A stretch of DNA of 64,000 bases, taken from NCBI GenBank assembly GCA_951406725.2, contig OX597816.1, positions 173,290,001-173,354,000 of the forward strand, in the 5' to 3' direction. The position numbers and the translations under genes were made by a program. A model generated the notes under the pieces. The model worked only from the letters and a program-made list of their open reading frames with translations, did not search any database and was not told where the DNA came from. Origin of the DNA: Octopus vulgaris (Eukaryota). Below are positions 40,320 through 54,344 of the stretch, piece by piece. Each line of letters begins with the position of its first letter. Position 1 is the first letter of the stretch.

Positions 40320-41751
40320 CCATATTTCTCGGTGTCGAAGATGCTACATTTTTCCTAAAATAAGTCTTGAAAATCTACAATGTGTCCTGGAGGCTGAAGT
40401 TTGCATTTTCCATAGGCATATCCTAACACCAGAGGAAAATCATCTAAGCTAGACAGTAATCTGAAACCTTGTATATGACCACTCGGTGAAGTGAATAAAT
40501 TATACTTTGTTAAATTAGTAAATAAACGAAAGTGACATAAAAATTTTTTTTAAATATATGCTATCACAAAAATTCATTCCAGTATGAGCAGTGTAAGACA
40601 AGGTAACTGACGAGTGATATTTTACATATGTATCTATATTGCCATTATTGTCACTCTCTTCAAACAACCTGACTTTACAGGAACATTATTAAGTAACGAA
40701 AGAAATTAAATTGCCGTATGTTAAAAGGGTTGACAAGCAAATATTAATAACAAAATTATCATAATCACTTACTCACTCTCTGTGATAAAATGCGTTGTGT
40801 TCAGACAGTATCATAGGCTGATCTCTGAAAGCCATGGTCTTAACCAGTTCAAACCTGGACCTACTGGTGTTAGGAATGATCCGCAACTTCAGAAGATTTT
40901 ACTTAAAATTTTTAGCACAACCGTTATTATGGCAATCTCAAGCAAAGATACTCTTACACAGTCAGCTACAAGCTAAAACGTGATTGAATATGCCAAACAG
41001 CATGACAACAGGACTGCAGAGAGGCATTTTGGATCACCACCAACTGAGAAAATGATCCACTACTGGAAGAAACAAGAGGACCTGTTGAAGCCTACATCAA
41101 GACTTAAACGTAACCTTCATCAGACTGCAACTAAGTGGCCAGAACTGGAGCAAAAGATGGTTGCAGAGAGAAATTTGAGTCTTGCAGTATCAATAAAAAT
41201 TATTACTAATGAATCAAATGTAAGGGCAGCAACATGAGGTCTGGATGATTTTCGTGGCACATCAAGCTGGCATTACAGATTTATGAAAAGGCACACATAG
41301 ACTGGAAATGAAAATGAAAATAAGAATAACTCAAAAAAATGCCTGAAGATTATCATAATGAAATAATCGAATTTCCCAAGTTCATAATCAGTGCAAGAAA
41401 AGAGACTGAATACAAACTGGGCTGAACAGTGAATAGTCGAACTGTCAGTACAGAGACGAGGTATGGTAAGTTTTCCTTCAAAGTTTACATCTACCGTTAT
41501 GTACCAACTGTAATACTGAAACTACACTTCGACAGGGATGGATTTCATAGGTGGGGGAAGGGGGCTGTGCTTTGTTTAAATATGTATGATGGAAAGCATA
41601 TTTTTGTATCAGCAACAAGCAATCCTTGAAGATTTCTGTAAAGGTAACAAGACCCGAAGTGCCAGGACCTTATTTTTTTTTTCAAATTTTTGGTTATGAA
41701 AATTAAGTGGAAGCCTTGAGGACGAAGCATCTTCAATGCCAGGAAATACGG
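40320..41751 (+). mobile_element. pogo/POGK-like DNA transposon, decayed and rearranged
   Basis: Ends taccatatttctcggtgtcgaagatgc and gcatcttcaatgccaggaaatacggta form a TIR pair. Brinker-type DBD and CENP-B HTH remnants: RYSYTVSYKLK, IEYAKQHDNRTAERHFG, KWPELE, SWHYRFMKRH. A second right end lies at ~42443-42993. Confidence 0.75.
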
Positions 41752-42487
41752 TATATACTTTTTGCCATCTTTTTGACATTTTCATTAGCATTAGTGTTGT
41801 AAACAAGAAACTTTAAGTTCAATCTTTGCGAGTACTTCTTATGAATATCTCTACCTCTACGAAATTAATCAACCAAGCTCCAACAGTGGATCCAGAAATT
41901 TCTGGTAGGGAGTGGATCTGAGGTCTGATCCATTGCAATTGATCAATGAAATGACAGTGTAATATGTTCAGAGATACTGAAAAAATTAATTTTGATACTG
42001 AAATCTTCAAGGATTGCTTGTTGCTGATACAAAAATATGCTTCCCATCATACATATTTAAACAAAGCAATCAAATTTGAAAAGTTTCTTGTTTGGTGTGG
42101 GAGTGCAACCCCACTCCCCCACCTATGAAATCCATCCCTGTCGAAGTGTAGTTTCAGTATTACAGTGGGTACATAACGGTAGATGTAAACTTTGAAGGTA
42201 AACTTACCATACCTCGTCTCTGTACTGACAGTCCCACAAAGCAAATTGGTAAGGTAGGTGAGTGCTGCCTTTTGTTAGTTTTACAGATGCGAGTGTGGTT
42301 GGTCACAATGGGAGATAGTCATGATTAGCCAGTATAAGGAATAGTGCAAATAAGTGTTAGATGAACAATCAAAGTAAATGCTAGGAACATTTAAGTGAAG
42401 TGTTAGAGGTTACAGTGATGTCTTTTTTTTTTTTTTTTACATCTGTAAAGGTAAGAAGACCCGAAGTGCTGGGACCTTATTTTTATG

Positions 42488-42698
42488 TTTACTCTTTACT
42501 CTTTACTCTTTTACTTGTTTCAGTCATTTGACTGCGGCCATGCTGGAGTACCGCCTTTAGTCGAGCAAATCGACCCCAGGACTTATTCTTTGTAAGCCTA
42601 GTACTTATTCTATTGGTGTCTGTTGCCGAACCGATAAGTTACGGGGGACGTCAAGCGATGTTGGGGAGACAAACACAGACACACAAACACACACACGC

Positions 42699-42731
<33 letters not shown>

Positions 42732-42900
42732 CATATATACGACGGGCTTCTTTCAGTTTCCGTCTACCAAATCCACTCACAAGGCTTGGTCGGCCCGAGG
42801 CTATAGTAGAAGACACTTGCCCAAGGTGCCATGCAGTGGAACTGAACCCAGAACCATGTGGTTGGTAAACAAGCTACTTACCACACAGCCACTCCTGTGC
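42488..42900 (-). mobile_element. SINE family A nested in a duplicated pogo end
   Basis: Family A copy with ttatgttt on both flanks. Confidence 0.85.
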
Positions 42901-43509
42901 TTATGTTTATTATTTTTTTTTTTTTAATTTTTGGTTATCAAAATTAAGATGCAGCCTTGAGGACGAAGCATCTTCAATGCCAGGAAATACGGTTTATACT
43001 TTTTGCCATCTTTTTGACATTTTCATTAGCATTAGTGTTGTAAACAAGAAACTATAAGTTCAATCTTTGCAAGTACTTATGAATATCTCTACCTCTACGA
43101 AATTAATCAACCGAACTCCAACAGTAGGCTAGTTAACTATACTATCTTTCTAAATCATTTAACTACTCCATCTTCCCAAGACCATTCACCTACAGCCCTC
43201 CAGGCATGAGCAACCTTGTGAGATTTTACTCAACATAAATCATACCACACCTTTAACAGAATAACTTAACAAACATCAAGTAGGAGAGAATATTATGTAA
43301 TCCCATTTCTATAACAGGTGTACCTAAGTGTTGTAAAAAGGCAGCTAAAAGTGTTGGTGACAGGAAAAGCATCTGGCCATGAAATAGTGCTTCAGAAAAC
43401 CAGCCAACCCATACCAGCATGGAAAAGTGGGCATAAAACACCAATTACCATGCTGCCACCAACAATAATGCCACCACTACTGTTGCTACTGCTGATTATG
43501 ATAGTAACA

Positions 43510-43578
<69 letters not shown>

Positions 43579-44809
43579 ATGATGTATGAGTGCTCCCAGA
43601 AACTGTGCTAAACAAATCATAAGACACTGACAGAGAATGTATGGGTTAATGAGAAAGAGGAAAAGAAATGAAATTACTTAAATGAATAGAATTGACTTAA
43701 ATATTATGTTAGATAATATCATTTTACTGATGTAATTGCAATATTACAAGGACCATACAAAAATCATGAAAGTCCATATGCTGCCCAAGCATTGACTGCC
43801 GGTTTCTAGTGCCTGTTTCTAGTAAAACAATCAACTGAACTCCCATTCAAAACCAATCAACTAAACTCCTTCCATAAACTGCTTAAGAGCTACACTCCTT
43901 TCCTAAGCTCATCATTTATATTCTTTATCTAGAAATTTGTTCCGTGTGCAAATATGAAAATGTTTTTTGCTTTTTCCCAAGGTAGAAGGCAATTTCTTTG
44001 AGTAAGAGATCAAATTAGGTGTGGGGTATCTTTATCAAAAGAGTATTATATACTAAATAACCAGTGGAATGGTCAGTATTTTGCATCCTTTTACTGCACT
44101 CTGACCGTGGCCAAACACTGAGCTTTTATCATCATAATCCATTTAGTAGCAGGAAAGTTGTAAAATCAACATGCTAACATTGACTGTACCATCACCATCA
44201 ACAACACTTCAGAACATTACTTATACCTCCTTGTGCTGAGGGAGCTTCTGCATAGTTGCTTGACCACCTAAAAATAGCAGCAAAATTCTCTTCTGAAAAT
44301 AAGATGGGAAGGTCATGGCTGGAATGCTTTACTCATAGATTTGTTTTCTCAGAGCTGACCTGAAATAGAGCATTTCGCTTCTCTTTCCACTTTATAATCG
44401 CTATAACATCTTCACTACTACCACCACCTAACCATTCCTGTTACTGCCAACACTTCACCACTACTAACACCTGAGCTACAACACTGGTTCTACATAACAT
44501 TACCACAATATTATACTATACTGTCACAATTACTGTACCACCACCACTACCATGCCAATACTACCATCACCATCTTATCAATGAAGCTTATAACAACCAA
44601 TAAAGGATAAAAAACACATGTCCTTTATATTATTATTATCTCATAACATAATTGAATAATTAATTAATGTCTTATAATAACAGTTAATTAGCACAGTGAG
44701 CAATAGAAGTCTAATTTAATAATACAATCATGGCATATTTAATAAGCAGCACAATTTAATGTCCACTTTTGATATGGTGAATTACTTATTGATGAACCCA
44801 CCACAAGGT

Positions 44810-45270
44810 ACAATCTCCATTGCAGTATGGTAGTTTGTGTGCCTCACTGCTCCTGAGAGCTGTGTCACGGGGAGCACACATTCATGTAGGACCTGCCATG
44901 CTGGACAGATCAAAGGGTAGCTGCCAGACTAATATGGACCACCTCTTCTCTGAAGTAAAAGTGGGTTTTGTTCAGGGCCAACATCCCCACCTAGAATAAA
45001 GCAAAGTTACAGAAGCATCAATGACAATTCAAAACCCACAAGACCTGGGAGAAGGTTTTTTCCCCTCTTGGAAACATGACACATCAGGCCCTAACCTGAA
45101 ATCCCCAAGTGGGGTGGAAAAGAGTACACTCTGAAAATAACTGGAGGCTAGATATTGAGACACGGCAGAAAAAAAAACAAGGATTTAACTGGAGGGAAAC
45201 TGAAAAGGCAGCCTGGAGTTTTGTTGAGGTCCTATGCTCCACAAAGAGTGAAGGACTTATTATGTAAAGT
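44810..45270 (+). mobile_element. Degenerate RTE deletion derivative (5'-UTR-like piece joined to the 3' end)
   Basis: The 3' part translates like an RTE C-terminus (ALT.NPQ...NWR...LCS). The 5' part resembles RTE leaders (ccatgctggacagatcaaagggtag). Confidence 0.4.
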
Positions 45271-45654
45271 AACCCGTTCATAGATAGTTTTAATCAAAAA
45301 TTTAAATATACTACTACCACCACCATTAAATATCACTGTGAGCTAACAAGGGAACTTTTACTTGATCCCAAATTTTACATGATCCCAGCAACCAAATCTT
45401 CCCTCAGTTACACTCTATTATCTTAAAATATGAAGGACATGTTGGATAATATAGTCCTAGTTACACACTGTCTTAAAAAAATACAATAAGACAAGATGTT
45501 TGCTACTGGAATGCTTTTGATTCTTTTGTTGCAATATTTCTGTTGAAATACACTGACTTTATTTCAATTAATTTTGAAAGAAAACGGAAATGTTTAGTAA
45601 AATATTTTTTATCATTATTAAGCTGTCTAAGGCACAAATGAGATTGAAATTTAA

Positions 45655-45875
45655 CCCTTTAGTGTTCGCATTATTCTGCCACAATTAATCCTTTTTTGTC
45701 CTCATTGTTTTGAATTAATCATGCATTATCTTGTAGCTATGAGATTTTGATGAGGTAGCTGTTAATTTTTAAAATGATATTGTAGGGTTGGTGTGAGAGA
45801 CCAGATCTGGCCAGTTTGAACATAAAACAGACAGAATACTTTGGGCCAGATATGGCCGGTTTAAATGCTAAAGGG
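45655..45875. mobile_element. piggyBac-like MITE
   Basis: TTAA|CCCTTTAG...CTAAAGGG|TTAA. Same family at 47903-48123 and, truncated, at 35145-35346. Confidence 0.8.
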
Positions 45876-46845
45876 TTAAATAACTTTAAAAGAGGAAGTT
45901 TGTATGATAGAACCAGAGGCAGCCTCAATTGGATTGGTATCAAAAGGGTTAGTCACAGTTTGATGAGGCAGACATGACCTAGGATTCAGCAACAAAAATG
46001 ACAACCATTGTCACTGCTACTAACCAATTACTGCTATAATGTCACACACCAACACCAATCACACCTACACCCTTATCACTATCAATATTATCACCATTGT
46101 CTTTAGTATTTGCCTGGCTGGGTCTTTATTTACTTAAATAATTATAATGATTCCTTAACCCTTAATAACAGTCTTATCCACCATCTGGAATAATTTATCT
46201 ACATGCGGATTTCATGCAAAGCTGTTTTTGATATAAGTTAATCCAGAGGTAAAAAAAAAAAAGGTAGTCCTTTGAATTACTATGTGGTTGGTATGCATAG
46301 TATATTTGTACTTTGTGAAAGGGGTTAGCAACTGATCAAAGCTGAAAGATTAAAATGGAACCTGCTTTTTTGTATTTCTTACCACCTTAGTCCCACAAGC
46401 TTCTGAATCAAATTAAGCTCTCAACGCTGACCACATCACGGACATCTTATTACGTTTTTGTCAACTTCACCTGGTGAGCACCTTTTCAGTTAGTCTTTTA
46501 TATACCCAATGCTATCTATAGCATGAGTGGTTGATTTCCATCTCTGCTAACTTACTATGGCTTACAACCAAATCATTTTTATTGCTAAATAAGTTTTATT
46601 GCTTTCCTTTGACTCTTACATATATGCCCACTTTGCTCATCACTTGCCAGCTCTCATTTCTATTCAAATAAAGTTACAATGTTTCATTTACAAACATGCC
46701 TTCTGATGTTCATTTATGTGTGCACATTTACACTAGGGACCTTTTACATCACTTACATTTTACACTCTATATTTTCCACACTGGTGATTTCTTGCAAGCC
46801 ACACAAAGCCATCAGAGACAGTAGGACCTTAATAATTCTAATCAT

Positions 46846-47260
<415 letters not shown>

Positions 47261-47902
47261 GGATGCTGAAGCATTTTCCAACTGGAAGTTCTGTCTTTGT
47301 CATGGTGTCTCATGATCACAATAAATATGTGATTTTCAAGAAATGTCATAGAAATGGTCAGAGATTTGTGTTGCTGATGTTGTACAAATCCAGAGGAAAC
47401 TAATTGTCAAACGCTTGCTTTTAGACATATCTAATTCTACAATATCCAGTATGTCCTTCCTTTCTTGTTAAGATAGTAGGATGTGATTTGAAGGAGATTT
47501 GACAGCTATTCCTGTCAGGTCAAGTCATGGCAAGGTTAAAGACAGTGTGCAGTGTTATGAGTATGTTTCCATAGAAACGTGAGTTAAAGCTGTGCGTGTG
47601 TGTATGTGTGTGTGTGCATGCATGCGTGTGTGTGTGTGTGTGTGTGTGTACATACGTATGTGTGGTGTGTCTGTGTTTTGTTACAGGGAGTGTAGTGTTG
47701 CATAATACCCCATACATTTTCAATATAGCATGAATAATATTTGGAAAAGTCTGCCTTGAGTCTATAAACTCATGAGGGTGGAGCTTTGAGCAGAAATATA
47801 CTTCAAAGGTTTTTTCAATGCTTTCTGTCTGTTCATTTACAGTTTGTTCAGCTAGTCTCCAACTCTCTTTATTATTGAAGCAGTTGTCCTTTTAGCCTTT
47901 AA

Positions 47903-48123
47903 CCCTTTAGTATTCAAACCGGCCATATCCGGCCAAAATATTTAACCTGTTTTATATTGAAACTGACCAGCTCTTGCCTCTCACCTCAGCCCTACCATGT
48001 CATTCTAAAACTAAAAAAATCACATCATTGAAATCTCTAAACTACAAGATAATGCAGGATTAATTCAAAATAATATAAATAAACAAATATCACATTTGAC
48101 AGAATAATCTGAACACTAAAGGG
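47903..48123. mobile_element. piggyBac-like MITE
   Basis: TTAA TSD, CCCTTTAG TIR, inverted relative to 45655-45875. Confidence 0.8.
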
Positions 48124-48905
48124 TTAAGCAAGGGAACTGGTTCATGTGACATCAGAGTATGTCCACACATTGGTGGGTTTCTGTGACACATGTGTAGGGC
48201 CTCTCCTTCAAGTCCTGTATGCCTTAATAGCTGGACTATCTTCTGCTGTTTGATTATAACTGGCACCCTTAGCAGGGAGTACCACGACAGGTCAGGACAG
48301 ACCAGGGAGTATTTGTTACTAAGGAGTAATTCTCCATTCTCCAAAACTCCTGAATTCAAGCTTCACTAGCTGTGACTTAATGTCTTGCCCAAATATTTTA
48401 CTGATACAAAACAAATTTATTTGATAAGATACGAGTGAATCAATGCAAAAGCAAGTACAATAACAGTAGTAAAAATAATAATTGATATGGAAATATAATT
48501 ATTTCAGATTTACTGGAAAAGAAATAATTTCTTGATTAAGAATGTACTTTATGCAGGGGTATTAAAAGAAGTGAAAATGTAATGACATTGCTTCACACAG
48601 GAAATCAAAGAACCCATATAAGTAATTGGCGAACTAAATAAAGTTTCTTTTTTACTCTACAAGTTTCACATCAAGAATTTTATTTTATACATAATTATTG
48701 AGGTAGAAAGTTTTAAAAGAAAGATATGGGAAGTTGTAGCATTCATGCCATTTCCAAGAGTATTTTTTTAGTGTAATTGAGATCTACAATTACTCCACTT
48801 TTAGAGCCTGTACCCATTTCAAAGAGATCCTGCCTTTTAATCTTAAGCACTTTTGTAAAGATATCAATGTTAAATCTTTCTCCCTATCTCTCTCTCTATA
48901 TATAC

Positions 48906-48945
<40 letters not shown>

Positions 48946-48988
48946 CTTTCTTCTTCTTCTCTCTCTTTTTCCTCTCTCTCTTTCTCTT

Positions 48989-49030
<42 letters not shown>

Positions 49031-49082
49031 TTTTTTATTAATCCTCTTTATCTGTTTTTTTCCTTTCTCTATCTCTCTATGC

Positions 49083-49294
49083 CAGTGGTCAGGGTTTCGT
49101 GGAATCTTATGGTTCCGCCAGTACAGTCCAGGGGTTCCGCAAGAAGTTACAAAATTGCTAAAATCGGCAGTAATTTTTAATTCTCTTGTGCAGATATGTG
49201 TGCATAAGACTATTAAATTATTGCACAGGGGTTCCTCGAGCCAGTGGAATGTTTCCTTGGGGTTCCGCTCCAGCAAAAAGTTTGAAAAGCACTG
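49083..49294. mobile_element. hAT-like MITE
   Basis: CAGTG...CACTG ends, 8-bp TSD ctctatgc/ctctatcc and internal ggggttcc repeats. Confidence 0.7.
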
Positions 49295-50142
49295 CTCTAT
49301 CCAACTATCTATCTTTTTGTTTTTTTGGTTGTATCTTCCCTCCATCTCTTCCAGTTAAAAGAGTCTCAGATAATCAAAACTAGTAATCAATATACTACCC
49401 TCACACAAAACCCATCCCATGCACCCTCACTCCTATACTACATCTTCCAACTGATACTACACGAAAACTTTACCTAATTATTTCTCTCACAAACTGAAAC
49501 TCTCATTGTTTTATTTATGATTGCCACATCTTACAAACACTAGCTCATTTTGTATGTTTTTTTGAAAAATAATTAGAAAAATAACACAAACTTTGTTAGT
49601 CTTTGTAAACTTGTAAGATTGATCCAAATGATATTCTAGTCAAAGTGCATGGAAGAAAATGTATAGGCAGTTGGGAATTCTAGTGGAATTATAATCTGGG
49701 AAAGAAGGGCTAAACACAGTGTCTTGAGCTGAATCTGGAAGATGGGACATTGTAAAGGAAACAGGAAGAAGAAAGACAGGGGATAAAGTCTAGTATAGAA
49801 AAAACTAGTTCAGAAAAAGTGAGATTATTTTGTTACTAACCCGGTCAAAACCGGCTCTGGCTCAGTGGTCAAATGTTTTGTTTTCAAAAGCTTTGAATTA
49901 AAATCTTCCACCAAGCCTTAGTCACAATTTAAGTTCCTAACACTAACTTAATGATAACTGAGTTATTTTACTAAATTCTTTGTTATGTTTAAAATAATTG
50001 ATAGAAACACAGAGCATCTCAAAATAAATACAGTAACAAAAGGGTTAATGTTGCAAGAAAATATATGTTTACAAGATTTGAATTACAAGATAATTTACAA
50101 AGCATTATTATAAAAAAAGTGTAAGTAAATAATTGCTATTAC

Positions 50143-50336
50143 CTGTTTATAATTGCCACATCACGAGAATCACAAGACTTTGAACTTCCAACTGATGAGT
50201 TTAGTGAGGATGTTGGAGACAGCCGTAAATAACTACTGACATTAGCTGGTGGTACATTCTCTTGATATGTGATGATGTCTAAAACATTTGGGATGTTTTT
50301 GGAGTTTGACCGCAAAGGTCGCTTACTGTCTTCCAT
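50143..50336 (-). CDS. Uncharacterised large low-complexity protein, first coding exon (exon 50143-50342, ATG at 50336)
   Basis: Acceptor tttccacag|GCTTGGATGG and donor AACAG|gtaa. Reads MEDSKRPLRSNSKNIPNVLDII...DVAIIN(R) and ends in phase 2, matching the next exon. Confidence 0.7.
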
Positions 50337-50439
50337 CCAAGCCTGTGGAAATACCATTATGATGTGTGTTTTTCTAAAAAAAAATCTGAATAATTCTGTT
50401 TTTTTTAGTATATATACATTCTCAGATGCACCTATGTTC

Positions 50440-50472
<33 letters not shown>

Positions 50473-51278
50473 ACACACACATACATATATATATACATAC
50501 ATACATACACACACACATATATATACATACATACATACATACACACACACACATACATATATATATACATACATACATACATATATATATATACACACAC
50601 ACACACATATATATATATACATACATATATATATATATACACATACACATACATACATACATACAGTGAAATATTCTCATGTACTTACAATCAAATCTAC
50701 ACCAGCCATCCATTATTAATTACCAATAATTAACAAAAGGCCTAAATGTAGAACTAAAGAGTAAACTGTCTCGTGACAAAACAACTTAATTGGATCCTGT
50801 TTCAATATTTCTCCACCAAAATTACTTCTAAGCTGTTCACATTTGTAGGCATTGACATACGTGTTCTTTTCGTGCACAGGTTGCATAAGATATGCCACTT
50901 GCACTCAAAATAAATTTCAGTATACACAAAGAAATCAAATACAATGCATACATTGAAGTACTGCTTGCATGTGTGCGGCAGAATGACTGATACACAATTA
51001 AACATCCCTGAAGTTCATTTCCTGGCTGGCAAAAATTCAATCAGCTAAGCGCTTCAGCTATTGTCTCACAGACATGTATCTTCTACCTGAATGGGCAAGT
51101 TACATGCTCCTCTGTCCATATTCCCCTAATCTATTAGTCTATAGTCCTTCCATCACCCTTACTGTGAGCTGTCACAAGGGTAGATGAGGTCAGTAAAGAT
51201 GGCAGAGATTAAACAAAACCTTCATTTATCTGATTGCCCAATGAATACTTTGCTTAACTTTTCTTTTATAGATAGTAA

Positions 51279-51663
51279 AAGGAGCACTCCATCGGTTATG
51301 ACGATGAGGGTCCCAGCTGATACGATCAACGGAACAGCCTGCTCGTGGAATTAACGTGTAAGTGGCTGAGCACTCCACAGACACGTGTACCCTTAACGTA
51401 GTTCTCGGGGATATTCAGCGTGACACAGAGAGTGACAAGGCCGGCCCCTTGAAATACAGGTACAACAGAAACAGGAAGTAAGAGTGAGAGAAAGTTGTGG
51501 TGAAAGAGTACAGCAGGGTCCACCACCATCCCCTGCCAGAGCCTCGTGGAGCTTTTAGGTGTTTTCGCTCAATAAACACTCACAATGCCTGGTCTGGGAA
51601 TCGAAACCGCAATCCTACGATCGCGAGTCCGCTGCCCTAACCACTGGGCCATTGCGCCTCCAC
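51279..51663 (-). mobile_element. SINE family B
   Basis: Full-length copy with 12-bp TSD tatagatagtaa. Confidence 0.9.
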
Positions 51664-52756
51664 TATAGATAGTAACAGCCTAATTTTCCCTGTTCCTATC
51701 TTGTTATTCATGCAGATACTGACCTACATCAAGTTCATCAGTCTGGGAAGGTCTGCAAGAGGTGTAGATGCCACCCTTCCTTAATAGAATGATAAGTACA
51801 TTGAATGAAATGTCTTCCAGTATTTATTCTGGCTCTCTGAATTCTAAGTTCAAATCCTGATGTGGTCAGCTTAACTTTTCATCTTTCCTGGATTGACAAA
51901 TAAGAGACCAGTACTGTGAACTGGTTGAATCATTAGAATATTGAAGAAGCTGTTTTGAAGTATTTGTTCTGGCTCTTGCATTCTGAGTTCAAATCCCATG
52001 ATAGCCTACTTTGGTGATAGACTTAAATCATCCCTTGGTTTAACATGAATATCTAGTACTTGGGTGTATTTAACAGAGTTTATTCTTGTGTATGCATTTA
52101 GAGTAAGTTTCTGGTTTTAGGATACTGTCATCTCTTTCTCCCACTATCTCAGAGACCCCATAAGGGTCATAAGACACTGCCCTTCCTCTTCACTAAGCAA
52201 TAAAAGAAGTTTATATATAAAAATAATCATAGGGCCCAGTGTTTTCAAAACAACCTCTATTATACTCTACAATCATATATAGTTTTAAAAATGCTATACA
52301 GTTTTTCATATCCTTGTGATACACAACAAAGACAAGATGTCTAACTGGTTAAGATATTTGACTATCTGTTCATGAGTTCAAATCCATTGTAATTCAAACT
52401 CACTGGACAGAATGAAAGAAATGTATTGTCATTTAATGTCCACTTTCCATTTATAATAGAAGTCTTCTGGCCACAAATTTTGTATATGGAAGTAATCAAT
52501 TTTGGTGGAGGCATGTAATTAACTTGATGTATGATGTCGACAGTTTTGAGATAGTAGCATAGCTAATTTTGGCAGAGAGGAGTAGGATGTGCTCAAACCC
52601 AGGATATTGTGTTCTTAATTTTATCACCCTCCCCATTCCCAGAAGTATTAAAGACAAAGGAAAGCTAAGAATATGAAGTGATGTAACTAAGTGCTGTTAG
52701 GTATTTTACCTGATGTTCAACTGATTTTACCATCACCATTTTAGAAATAAAGATCA

Positions 52757-52855
52757 TATCCATTGCAGGACAATTCTGATAGAATCACAACTATTGTATA
52801 TTTCAAAGAAATATACAATAGTTGTGATTCTATCAGAATTGTCCTTCAATGGATA
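52757..52855. repeat. Hairpin, 48-bp arms, 3-nt loop, one mismatch
   Basis: 52757-52804 versus 52808-52855. Confidence 0.9.
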
Positions 52856-53269
52856 GTTTTCATTCCATATGCAGACTCTGGAAGCTGTTCTTGGAAGAAA
52901 AGCTCCAAGAGAAGGATGCAGTGAAGTCAGATCATAAGATGTTGTGTTTTGCAAATACACTGTATATATGCAGCTTATGTGCACATTTCTCTTTTAAAAC
53001 AATTATGTTGTGTAATGAAACTAACTAGCAGCAAAACTCCAAAGTCACTGAGATTATTTTCTCTTGTTAGAAAAAAACCCCACTGCATTCTACATTTAAG
53101 AGCTGAATAATTCTTCAGTTGAAATTTGATGGCCCTAAAATAAATTCATGAGACAGAGAGAGGGAGATAGAGAGAGAGAAAGAAAGAGAGAGCAAATAAT
53201 ATGTTACAAAAGGCAATATTAATGCAGATAGAACAATAAATACCAAAATAATTATAAAGATAATGTTAC

Positions 53270-53371
53270 CTTAGAAATATTTATCAGCCCTAATATTTTG
53301 AGTTAATTCTTTTCAAAGCTTTAATAAACAAGAGAGATTAAATTGCTTGTCCATTTTGTTGCCATGACAGA
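53270..53371 (-). promoter_or_regulatory. Candidate non-coding first exon and promoter with an X-box-like (RFX) motif
   Basis: Donor CTAAG|gtaac at 53270/53269 in unique sequence. GTTGCCATGACAG at 53358-53370 has one perfect RFX half-site. Confidence 0.3.
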
Positions 53372-53828
53372 TCCTTGCGTGAAATTATAGAACTACCAAG
53401 GTAGAATTTTAGGCTCACTGTTTACATTCCACAGTCAAAGTGACAGGGTGAGGTAATGCATGTGTGAAGAGGAAATGGGTCGAGCATTGTGAGTCATTGT
53501 ATTCATAGTGTCCACTAATTCAATTTAAGCCAGTTGTCAAGCACAAGCTTGCATTTCTTTGATCAGAATAGTTTCTTTCATCCATAGATTACTAATATTG
53601 ATTTCAATTTGGGCACAAGGCCAGTAATTTCGGGGTAGGGAGTACGTCGATTATATCAACCTCAGTATTCAACTAGTACTTATTTTATCTACCCAGAAAG
53701 GATGAAAGGCAAAACTGACCGTAACAGAATTTGAACTCAGAGCGTAAAGACATACAAAATGCTGTTAAGCATTTAACCTTGCATGCTAACAGTTCTGCTA
53801 GCTTGCCATCCTATAGATTATTAAGATC

Positions 53829-54236
53829 TATAATAGTCCTCCAGGCAATAACAGAGGAATTCAAGACAGGATGCCCCTGGGAGTTCCTGTATGCTGATGA
53901 TCTTGCATTAATAGCTGAGTCACTACCAGAAATAGAGGAGGTTTCAGGTGTGGAAGCAGGGCCTAGAATTGAAGGGACTTAGAGCCAATCTAGCAAAAAC
54001 CAAAAGTCTTAGTAAGTAGGAAAGCAGACAAACCACAAATCCCTTCAAGTAGATGGCCCTGCTCGATCTGTAAAAAAGGCGTAAGCAGAAACACCATAAG
54101 ATGTACCTAGTGTAAGCTATGGATACATAAGAGGTGCAACAATATCAAAGGAAGGTTAACTGGGAAGATAGTTTTTATGTGTGGCAAATGCACAGGAGCA
54201 ATAAACACTAAAAATGTGCAAAAAACAGCTTCCATC
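53829..54236 (+). mobile_element. RTE LINE reverse-transcriptase fragment
   Basis: IVLQAITEEFKTGCPWEFLYADDLALIAES, homologous to 60500-60900. Confidence 0.85.
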
Positions 54237-54309
54237 ATATATTTGTTCCGCGAGGACATGGAACAAATATAGTATTATTGGACGCTCAGGAAAGAAGGAA
54301 AGAAGGAGG

Positions 54310-54344
54310 GTTTAGCGTTTTGAGCGGAGCTCTTTGTCGGAAAC
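54310..54344 (-). ncRNA. Degenerate hammerhead motif, same family as 8698-8732
   Basis: gttt-CCGACAA-a-gagc[tcc]gctc-AAAA-cg-ct-aaac. Flanks 54280-54417 are homologous to 8668-8810. Confidence 0.4.
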
